DNA from: Naegleria gruberi
Lineage: Eukaryota
NCBI GenBank assembly: GCA_000004985.1
Contig: GG738895.1
Direction: 5' to 3' (one strand)
DNA: 64,000 bases
Position numbers and translations under genes: made by a program. Shown piece after piece: positions 33,251-42,428 of the stretch. The notes under the pieces are model-generated. The model was not told the origin of the DNA. It did not search any database and saw only the letters and a list, made by a program, of their open reading frames with translations. Positions within the stretch are counted from its first letter, which is position 1. Every line of letters begins with the position of its first letter.

Positions 33251-34710
33251 TCATAAATTAATGGATTTGGAATGTAAATTATTTTGACAATTTTTCAATG
33301 TTTGGAAATATTCTTTTTTAATTAAAGAATGGATACTTTTTTTTGTGGATGATATTATAAATATAATCTCTATCTAATTCTTTATAGTCATCAATGTAGC
33401 TTTCTAAATTTTCCCTTGCTTGTTCAAATTCCCCATCTGCTAGACCTTCGAGGACATATTTTTGAATATAAGTATATTTCTCTAAATGGTATAAAGTTAA
33501 TTATTTTGGATATTCAAACTTACTGAAATTGGTGTCAAACAATTTCAAATACTGTTCAAGATTATTCCTAACACCAGTGGAATTATTTGCTATATGAACA
33601 ATATTATTGGAATTAAATAATTTACAAGCATTTCCAATATTTCTTTGAGAATTGAATACGTTTTGGTAAATTAACTTTCTATGATTCAAATAATTAGCAA
33701 TACTATCCTTATTAATATTGTAAAAATCAGTTCCTCTCATTGATATACATGTTGAAATGGATTTTGCATTATCAATTCCATCGATTGTCAATGAATATTG
33801 ATTGGAAAATAACTCTTTACAATCCAAATTGTTTCTTATACTCATTAAACTATTAGAAATAATATTCATTGATGGGTAGGGAACTAGTTTTGATGAAATT
33901 TGTGAAAAACTTTCATTTGAAAATAGACATGGTTCTAAAAATGTTGAAATCATTTGTGAAATTACTTGATTAATAGTATTATACTCAATATTTTCTATTT
34001 TCAATTCATATTTACAATAATCATATATCAAATCATTTCGGATTGAAGATATATTGGACAGATATTCTCTCATAGTCTCCATTGATAAAACCATATTATA
34101 CAATTCAAAAGTTGTGGAACTAGCCATTTCACTTAAACTTGGAAACACACTAAATGATGACTAATTTAAAATACTCACACAATATGTGCTGCTATTCGAA
34201 ACTTACTATTGTAACTCCTTTTAACCATGACTTGGATCTCAATTGTTCCAATATTCTACAAATCATTCCACTACCTGTTCCTCCTCCAATGGAATGAGTG
34301 AAAATAATTCCATCCAAATGATCACAATTTTCAACCATTTTACGAATTCTCTCTTCAATATAATTAATATAATTATTTCCAAAAGAAAATTGAGATCTTA
34401 AAGAGGTAATTGAAGATTCATAATCATTAATTATATTTTCTTGTTTACAACAATATTTTAACTTATTTTCACAATGCGTTAATCGAATTTGTTGTGTAAA
34501 AGTGTTATGATCAATAATATTAGAATCGGAATCAATGAATAAACTTCGGGATGTGAATGTATTTTCCTTTCTAATACTTTCTTCAAATAATTGATAAGTA
34601 TTAGATTTAAATTCTGTGTTACAAAATAAATCCCATATGGATTTTCCTATCTGACATCCACATTCTCCTAAGTGAATGAAAATTAATTCACCACTGTTGT
34701 TATTTGACAT
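33251..34710 (-). CDS. Divergent tubulin-superfamily protein (delta/epsilon/zeta-like). 3 exons (34710..34207, 34160..33524, 33481..33251)
   Basis: N-terminus ELIFIHLGECGCQIGKSIWD (tubulin GQCGNQIG region). Tubulin signature IFTHSIGGGTGSGM. C-terminal helix KKYTYIQKYVLEGLADGEFEQARENLESYIDDYKEL aligns with [34 protein letters not shown]. A 42-nt intron beginning GTAAGT removes an in-frame TAA. Confidence 0.7.
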
Positions 34711-34796
34711 TTTTTCAATTTTTTATTATGATAATTTATTTAAACATTCAATTTTTGGAACTAGTTCAGAAATTCTATGAGATTTGAAAGAGTATT

Positions 34797-36869
34797 TTAA
34801 GGTTTCCAATAACTTGACATCCATCGAGACCAATAGGACCAAATAGTTTCCTTCTTACCGTATAAAACTTTCATGGAATTTTCATCAGAAACTGTAAATG
34901 GAATACCTAATAATTTTGCATATTTCAATTTCATTTCGTATCTTTTAACATTTAAGGAATCTTCTTCAAGGAGAAAGCAACAATCATCATAGATCATTTT
35001 TAACTGTTCCTGATCAGTTATGTTCAATTGGTTGGCTATCATTACTCTACGCTCTTTCAATTGAAAATATAAACTAAGCATACTTTTTGAATACCTTTGA
35101 TCAGTTTTTTCAAGTTCTTCTAAATTGTTCAACATTGAAGTTGCTTCTTTAAATTTACTCTCCAAATCATCATGTTTTTTGTTGAAATGAAAAGAATTAA
35201 GTGCCTGAGCTTCCAAAGAGAGAATTTTTCTTGTTTTCTTGTCATTTAAAGTTTGTTTCGAAATATCCTTATCCACTCTAAGTTGTAAGGCTTCTGAAAA
35301 GAGTTTTTCTGAGAATTGAGGATTATCTTTCAATACAAATTGACCAAATTTCAATAGTGATTCAACATTGTCTGGTCTATAACATGAATATTTTGAAAAG
35401 TAGGAAAACGCATTGTCCTTATCTCCCAAATGTTGATAAATGAGGCAGAGTTGATGATATACTTGATCAATATTCCAAAATCCTAACCTCTCACATTCTT
35501 TGAAATCATTGATTGATTCATCAGTCATGCCTAATTTGAGATATATGCACCCTCTTCTATAATAGGCACAAGAGTATTTAGGATCTAAATTAATGCACGT
35601 TGTTATTACTTTTTCTGCCTTTTGTAATAGATTTTTTCTCAGTTCCTCATAATTGTCCTCTTTAGAATCAATTTTTCGACTTTGGTCAAAATAACATTTT
35701 GCCAATTTTTCATATGATAATTGGAAGTAAGGAAATATTTCAATAGATTTCTCAAAGAAAATGATTGCCTTTTTAAATTGCCTATTTTTCTGATAGTAAC
35801 ATCCTTGAATAACACACTTAATTAGAGATGAATCATCAAGTTGACTAATAGAGTCTAGAAATTCATTCTCTGTTTTGTTGGCATGAGGACTAGCTAATAT
35901 GTCAACTTTAGTATCAGAAGATCGATCACTTAAACCTAAAACATATGCGAAGAATGAAACTGCTTCACTCATTGTTGCTGCTGTAATTCTTTCATGCTCT
36001 TCAATCTTAATACATGATAGAATCAATAATTGTAACCCTGAAGATTCCAATCTTTGCTTAATTTCTTCTTTACCGTTTTGAAGTATGTGATTATCAATAT
36101 CTTGTTGGTTTTTAAATTCTGATTTCTTGTTAAAACAAGTTTCAGTATCTTTGGTAATTAATCTGTACAATGTTACCCCAAAACACCACACATCCCCGCT
36201 AGAACCAACCTCATATGCTTCCTTTCCATTTTTCATATGTAATGGTGGCCTATGTGCTGGTTTACCAACACGCATACTACTCTCAATTGTTCGATAACTA
36301 AGGTCCTGGTCCATTTGAATGCTAAACTCAAAGTCACCCAATCTAACTTTAATGATACCAGTAGTTCTATTAAAAGACTCAATGAATATATTATCCTCTG
36401 AGATATCTCTGTGAATAATTTTACCTTCTGCTGAGTGAATAGAAACAAGTGCTCTTGATATTTGGAAAGCAATTAAAATACAAGTTTCTCTACTGAGATC
36501 TTCTGTTAAAAGTTTATCCAAACTACCTCCCTCATAAAATTTCATTAATGTGTAACAATAATAAACACCTTTAAAGAATTCAAACATTTCACATGAATAC
36601 TCTTTGGATTGAGAATTGTAAAAAGCACTCTTTTCTCTTTCAACAATTTCATTTTCCGAACCGTAATCTTCTCCAGGTTCATTCTCATAATTGACAATTT
36701 TAACAACAGCCCTTATTTCTGGGGATTGTCCTTTTACCATTTTGCATTGTAACAAGTTGCATTTGTCTCTTTGTTCCATGAATGAATAATCCATCAACTT
36801 GATATCTCTAAGAGAGAGGTACTCTTCAAATTCAGCAAGACGCCATTTTGATCTTTGGTAGTTTGACAT
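34797..36869 (-). CDS. Protein-kinase-like (probable pseudokinase) domain + C-terminal TPR repeats
   Basis: Kinase fold with degenerate motifs: HRDISEDNIFI (HRD present, catalytic-loop Lys replaced), VRLGDFEFS (DFE instead of DFG), no clear Gly-rich loop. C-terminal half has TPR-like repeats (AIIFFEKSIEIFPYFQLSYEKLAKCYF; KYSCAYYRRGCIYLKLG; NAFSYFSKYSCYRPDNVESLLKFGQ). Confidence 0.6.
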   Translation of the reverse strand: MSNYQRSKWRLAEFEEYLSLRDIKLMDYSFMEQRDKCNLLQCKMVKGQSPEIRAVVKIVNYENEPGEDYGSENEIVEREKSAFYNSQSKEYSCEMFEFFKGVYYCYTLMKFYEGGSLDKLLTEDLSRETCILIAFQISRALVSIHSAEGKIIHRDISEDNIFIESFNRTTGIIKVRLGDFEFSIQMDQDLSYRTIESSMRVGKPAHRPPLHMKNGKEAYEVGSSGDVWCFGVTLYRLITKDTETCFNKKSEFKNQQDIDNHILQNGKEEIKQRLESSGLQLLILSCIKIEEHERITAATMSEAVSFFAYVLGLSDRSSDTKVDILASPHANKTENEFLDSISQLDDSSLIKCVIQGCYYQKNRQFKKAIIFFEKSIEIFPYFQLSYEKLAKCYFDQSRKIDSKEDNYEELRKNLLQKAEKVITTCINLDPKYSCAYYRRGCIYLKLGMTDESINDFKECERLGFWNIDQVYHQLCLIYQHLGDKDNAFSYFSKYSCYRPDNVESLLKFGQFVLKDNPQFSEKLFSEALQLRVDKDISKQTLNDKKTRKILSLEAQALNSFHFNKKHDDLESKFKEATSMLNNLEELEKTDQRYSKSMLSLYFQLKERRVMIANQLNITDQEQLKMIYDDCCFLLEEDSLNVKRYEMKLKYAKLLGIPFTVSDENSMKVLYGKKETIWSYWSRWMSSYWKP

Positions 36870-37015
36870 TGTTTTTTTTTGTAAAACTTATTGAAGAAAA
36901 TAACGTTTATTTTAGCAGCAACACACGCTTTCCTTTTCGCGAAACGTGACATCACGTTTGGTCTTTATCCAGAATATTATTGCCTGTATTTTACTTGCTG
37001 TAAACTTCAACATAT

Positions 37016-39325
37016 TCAGTAGTCATCATCAAAAAAGTCAAATGTTTTCTCTTTTGTTGTGTTTTCTGTGAATAGGTCATCAGCAAAATCAATAGATAAT
37101 AGGGGTTGAGACATTGGTTCGATAACAATTGGCTTTGGTTTTGGTTTTCTGGCACTTTCCTCTGCATCTGTTCCATTTTCTATTCTTGTTTGCCATTCAT
37201 CAATCTCAGTATCCAATTCTTGCAATACTTTGGCATATCTGTCTTCCAACTCTTTCAATCTTTGTTCTCTTTCTTGTCTCTTATTGGCATTCTTTTGAGA
37301 TTCCTTCTCCAACTGGTACAATGTACAATAATATTAAATAATATTATATTATTAACCTACCTCTTGTTGGTAATGAGCTGACATTTCTTCATAGAATTTT
37401 TCAAGTTGTTCGTTCATTTCTTCTTGCAGTCTTTCATATTCCTTTTCAAAGTCAAACCCTAAATCAATCTTTGCATCTTTTCCAACTAGCTTTTGGATCT
37501 TTTTCCAATTCAGTGAGCAATTAGTTCTATAGAAACAAAACTTACCATAATTTGCTTTTCACTGAGAATGGAATTTTGTCTTCTTTCTTGATCTCTCAAT
37601 AAATCTAATTGTTCTTGTAGCAAGGAAAGTGATGACTTTTTCTTTTCTAGCTCTTCTTTCTTCTCGTCTCTTTGGGTTTCATGTGACTTTAAATCCAACA
37701 AACTCTTACTCAAATCCAGTTCAACCTTTTCCAAGTTCTTCATCTCATCTTGCTCTCTTTGTTCCAATTCTTGAAGCTTCTTTGTGAGATTACTCATTTC
37801 TTCATTCTTGAGCTCTAGTTGGTATCTTAGTTCTGATAATGCAAAAGTATTTTGCTCACTTTTTTGGTTGCTATTGGTGACAATCTTGAAAATCTCATTA
37901 TTGACATTCTGCAATGAAATGCTCTTTTCTTCAATTTCTTGCTTTAAAGAGGTGGCTTGTTCCTTCAAGTCTTTGATGGTAGTATCTGATGCTGAAAATT
38001 CTTCCCTCTTAGCCTCAATACTTGATTCAACAGTGGTCAACTCCTCTTCGCAAGACTTGAATTTAGTTTCAATTTCACTCAAGTTGTTGTCAATTTCCTT
38101 TTTCTTTTTTTCAAGTTGCTCACATTTAAACTTGAGATCGTTCAAACACTTTTGCTTTAATTGCTTTTTCTGAGCAAGGTATGATATCTTTGAAGTGTCA
38201 ATACCTTCGAATTGAAGTCCATTCTTTTTCATAATTGTTTCAAACTTGTCCTTAAACTTCATTTCATCCCTTGAGGATCTATACTCTAACATGGATGTCT
38301 CTAAATCAGCCTTTGTTGATTGATATTATGTATATATGGATTAAACAATAACACTTACCATAATATCATTCAATTTCTTGAATTCACCTTGATTCTTGAT
38401 GAGTTCTTCCTCTTTATCTTTAATTTGAGTCTCAATTTGTTGGTTTTCTCTCATCAACTCCTCTTGTTGCTTTCTAATTGTTGCAATTTGCTTTGAAACT
38501 TGATTGGAAATCATTAAGATTTCATTAATTTCACTCTGCTTCTTTGTAATAATCTCCATGACCTCTTGCATCTTGACATTAACTCCATTGATTTGTTCTT
38601 GTTTCAACTTGAGTTCTGATTCAACTTCATTCTTTCTTTTCTCTCTTTCCTCTCTTTGTTGGTTGACTATTATGATATAATTAAAATAATCAATAGGTTA
38701 GACTTACCTCTTGTCAAATGATCTTCTTGATTTCTATTCTCTTCTTCAATATTTTGTAAAGTGTCCATGTAGATTTCATAACATCTTTGATCGTGAGAAA
38801 TCTTCTCTCTAAGATTAGCAATAACTTCCTTTGCATGCTTGTTTCTTTCAGATAACTCATTAAGATCTGTTACTAGCCCTTCCATTTTCTTCTCCACTTG
38901 TTGATGTCTTTCCTTTAATCTTTCAAGTCTTCCTTCCTCTGATTGACTGATAGCCTCAAGTCTAATTTTCGTCTTGGATAGATCGGCAACAAGTTCCTCA
39001 ACCATTGTTAAACTCTCCTCAGTTTTGTGAAGGATTTTAGTCTAAAGATGACGAGTGAATGTTATTGGTAATAATAATAAATGTGTGTTGGGTGTTCAGA
39101 AGAAAGGCTTTGTAGTATTCTTAAACTTACCTTTGATTCAATATTCTGCTTGTTTTGAGAACGAGCACTCAATAACTTTTCAACAGAGTTCTTCAAGTTA
39201 TCAAACTTTGATCTAGCCTTCAAAGCTTCCTTGGTAGAAAACTCTCTAGTTGACCCATTCAAAGCCTTGTTTTCCAATGAGGCTGCTTGAAATTTAGTCT
39301 TGATAGCAAAGCTTTGCTTTTGCAT
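37016..39325 (-). CDS. Coiled-coil protein, multi-exon (at least 5 coding blocks: 39325.., 39005..38670, 38607..38341, 38292..37510, 37321..37016 approx)
   Basis: Consecutive minus-strand E/K/Q/L-rich ORFs separated by short AT-rich gaps with gta(a/g)g...ag boundaries. N-terminus MQKQSFAIKTKFQAASLEN. Acidic C-terminus ...DFADDLFTENTTKEKTFDFFDDDY. Exact junctions not all resolved. Confidence 0.45.
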
Positions 39326-39593
39326 CTTGGTTGTTTTTTTTTGAGTTTGTTTTTGTGTTGAGACAAATCCCGATTTAGTCAATTATAACAATTTTCCCTC
39401 CAAAAAACTTAGCCTTTATTCCAATAGATTATTAAAATTGAATCAATGAAAAATCTCAAGTGAATTCATTGTGCTCTTTATAAAGCAAATTTCAATGTAA
39501 AACTCTGTCATGTCTTTTCATCATTCAATACTAATAACTATTAAAATATAATAATAATAATAATCATTACTATTAATATTACAATCAAAGAAT

Positions 39594-40020
39594 TTAAACA
39601 CTCTCCGAAGAGTATGTACTTCTATTATTAATAATGTTATTAGAATTATTTGTTGTTGTTGATAGAGTAGGTGCCATTTCCATTGAATCAACATGTGCTA
39701 AATCTGAATTGTTGTTACTTCTTTTCATTCTTCTGAAAAATCCTCTTCTCCACAATAAATATAAACCGACAATCACCAATAGTGCTATGAAAGTAAATAT
39801 ACCATATCCAATTAAACTCTTATACTTGGTTACTTGAGCAGCAGAGTCTATTATTTGAACATTGGTTGGTATTTGAATTCTAGCTGGTGATGCCGGTGAC
39901 CTAATTTTAATATTATTATTATAAATATATTTTAATATTAAATATATTATATCATCAGATAAATGTTGAAAATTATAATTATGACAGGAAGAAACAATGT
40001 ACTGTACATACCCTCCTCAT
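39594..40020 (-). CDS. Small single-pass membrane protein (~100 aa), 2 exons (40020..40013, 39902..39594 approx)
   Basis: ATGAGGAG|gtatgt ... ~110-nt AT-rich intron ... attag|GTCACC gives MRRSPASPARIQIPTNVQIIDSAAQVTKYKSLIGYGIFTFIALLVIVGLYLLWRRGFFRRMKRSNNNS... with one hydrophobic span followed by a basic stretch. Weak support. Confidence 0.25.
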
Positions 40021-40314
40021 CCCATGTTGTTGTTTGATTGTATTTTTTTTTTAAATGGCTTGTTTGAAGAGTGAAATGTGATGCATTGTAAATGGAATAA
40101 TATTAAATATTGACATTATTGTAAAATATGTTGTATTTATTAAATATATTGATAAATACTAATTGTTATTTTCACTTTGTGATGATTCTGATAATGAACT
40201 TTTCTTGTTCTTTGTAACACAATGTTTGAAATGGAAATCAATTTCATAATTGACCAAAATGTAATTTGAAATTTAATCAAATTCTATTTCTGAAAAACAA
40301 TTATTTAAAAAAAA

Positions 40315-41082
40315 ATGGGAGTTTTAGGTAAAAGAGTTTATAGAAAATACAAACAAAAATACATTAACAAGTATTTTAAATATTCCTATCAATGTGATTT
40401 TCCAAATAGAAAACAAATATTTCAAATACAATCACCTTATCTAACATTTAATGAACAATATTCACCATCATCTAAATATCCACAACTATTGACACCTGTC
40501 ACTAAAACAAGTATTTCAAATTTAAAGTTAACATGTATGAAGAAACCACTCATTCAAATACCTACATTTAAAAGAATTATCAATAGATCAATGGAATTAT
40601 CAGCTCCAGATATAATGCCATTAAAAGAAGAATATAATTATAATATTGTAAAGTTGAATATTAGCACAATAGATGATCAACAGTGTGCACAAACAGAATT
40701 TAATGGATTTCGTTTAACGAGAGATAAATTAACATCACTAACTTGTAGAAAATGGCATTCAATAATAACATTTAATAATACATTTAAAAGTATGGATGGA
40801 TATCATGTTAGAATTTTCATGACATCATGTACAAGAATGAAATTATTACAAATTAAAAAGACATCATATGCTAACAAGTCACAAATTAAAAAGATTAGAA
40901 CTATAATGTATCAAGTAATATTAAAATATTTAAGTAAAATGACAATATTAGAATTTGTTAATAGAATGGCAATTAAATGTGAAATGAGCAGTGAAATTAG
41001 AATGAAATGTGAAAATATTTATCCATTAGAGGATGAAATTTTAATTACAAAGATTAAATTATTAGAAAAACCTCAACTTTAA
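40315..41082 (+). CDS. Hypothetical basic (Lys-rich) protein, 255 aa
   Basis: Uninterrupted ORF with AT-rich codon usage typical of this genome. No recognisable domain. Confidence 0.35.
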   Translation: MGVLGKRVYRKYKQKYINKYFKYSYQCDFPNRKQIFQIQSPYLTFNEQYSPSSKYPQLLTPVTKTSISNLKLTCMKKPLIQIPTFKRIINRSMELSAPDIMPLKEEYNYNIVKLNISTIDDQQCAQTEFNGFRLTRDKLTSLTCRKWHSIITFNNTFKSMDGYHVRIFMTSCTRMKLLQIKKTSYANKSQIKKIRTIMYQVILKYLSKMTILEFVNRMAIKCEMSSEIRMKCENIYPLEDEILITKIKLLEKPQL

Positions 41083-41182
41083 CAATTTTTCTATTAATAT
41101 TTATGTAAATATTAAATAAATAGATAAAAATGTAAAAATTAAAAAATCAATTAAATTAAAAAATTAAATAAAAAAATAAAAT

Positions 41183-42334
41183 TTAATTTTCATTTTCTTT
41201 TTTATCCTTATTTCCTCCTAAACCAATATATGCAATTGCAACAATACCAACAGTTAATGCAAATAAAATTGCAACAAATTTTTTAAATTTTTTAGAATTT
41301 TTAGTTTTTTCTTCTCTTCCAACAATGATATCAAGTTGCCAATTATGAAATTCTCTTGTTCTATCAATAATTTCTTGATCTTTTGAACCTAAACGATGAT
41401 ACCATTCTTCTAAAGATAATCTATATTGTAACCAATGTAATAAATAATTATTTTCAAAATATTTTGTAATAACTTCATATTGAGCTCTTGCTATAATTGG
41501 TTTTGTTAATTCATTTCTTTGATATAAATCATTTGGTCCACTTTGTCCAATTGCTTTTAATTCTTGATAATAAATTGAATTATTTAATTCATCATCATTT
41601 ATTGTTAAAAATGTATTTTTATAAATTTCTTTAATATTTTCATCTGATAATTTTTCAATATTATTTAATTGTAATGAAGGAGATGATTCTATTGTTGATT
41701 TTATATTATTAAATTCATTCAATCCAAAATTAATTAAAATTCTTTTAATAAAATTAAAAATATTTAAATCTTGATATTTATATAATTCATTTTTAAATAA
41801 AACTACTTTTAAAGTAATTTGATTAGAAATTTCACCTTCATCTTGAAGTTTTTCATCAATTGAATAAATTTGTGGATATTTTTGTTTTAATACTTTATAA
41901 TAACTTTGATTTACTATTTGAGTAATTGAATTCCATTTTAAAAATAAATTTTCTTCAGGTTGATTTGGAAGATTTAAAACTTGATTAAATAATTTATGAG
42001 AATATACTTGTTCTTCTACTTGATTTAATATTTCTTGTAATTCATCTCTTGAAAATTTATTTTCATCATTATTTAAATTATTATTTAAATTATTTTCATC
42101 ATTATTTAAATTATTATTATTCAAATTATTATTAGAATGATATAATGATTGATGATAATTAAATGATGATAATGTTATTAATTTGAATAATTGATGTTGA
42201 TTATTCATACTACATGATGTTATTGTTGTTGGAAGAAGAAAATTATTCATTCCGATAGAATTATTCATCTTTATAATAGAAGATGAACAATTTCTACTAT
42301 TACTCTTTGATAATTGTATTACTGCTCTTCTCAT
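41183..42334 (-). CDS. Hypothetical protein with N-terminal presequence-like region, poly-Asn tract and C-terminal transmembrane anchor (tail-anchored, possibly mitochondrial)
   Basis: MRRAVIQLSKSNSRN... N-terminus. NNNLNNDENNLNNNLNNDEN repeat. Conserved-looking helical region YEVITKYFENNYLLHWLQYRLSLEEWYHRLG. C-terminal FVAILFALTVGIVAIAYIGLGG hydrophobic segment. Confidence 0.4.
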   Translation of the reverse strand: MRRAVIQLSKSNSRNCSSSIIKMNNSIGMNNFLLPTTITSCSMNNQHQLFKLITLSSFNYHQSLYHSNNNLNNNNLNNDENNLNNNLNNDENKFSRDELQEILNQVEEQVYSHKLFNQVLNLPNQPEENLFLKWNSITQIVNQSYYKVLKQKYPQIYSIDEKLQDEGEISNQITLKVVLFKNELYKYQDLNIFNFIKRILINFGLNEFNNIKSTIESSPSLQLNNIEKLSDENIKEIYKNTFLTINDDELNNSIYYQELKAIGQSGPNDLYQRNELTKPIIARAQYEVITKYFENNYLLHWLQYRLSLEEWYHRLGSKDQEIIDRTREFHNWQLDIIVGREEKTKNSKKFKKFVAILFALTVGIVAIAYIGLGGNKDKKENEN

Positions 42335-42428
42335 TTTTTTTAAATTGTTGTTAATTTTTATAATATCTTTATTTTAATATTTTATTACAATTAATTGATG
42401 AAAATAGTTGAACATTCTTAATAACAAT

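Noticed and set aside
33482-33523. In-frame TAA in the tubulin gene, suggesting a pseudogene or stop-codon readthrough
   Set aside because: The TAA sits inside a 42-nt segment bounded by a perfect GTAAGT donor and TTTAG acceptor. Removing it preserves the frame and restores the conserved tubulin C-terminal helix, so a short intron is the simpler explanation.
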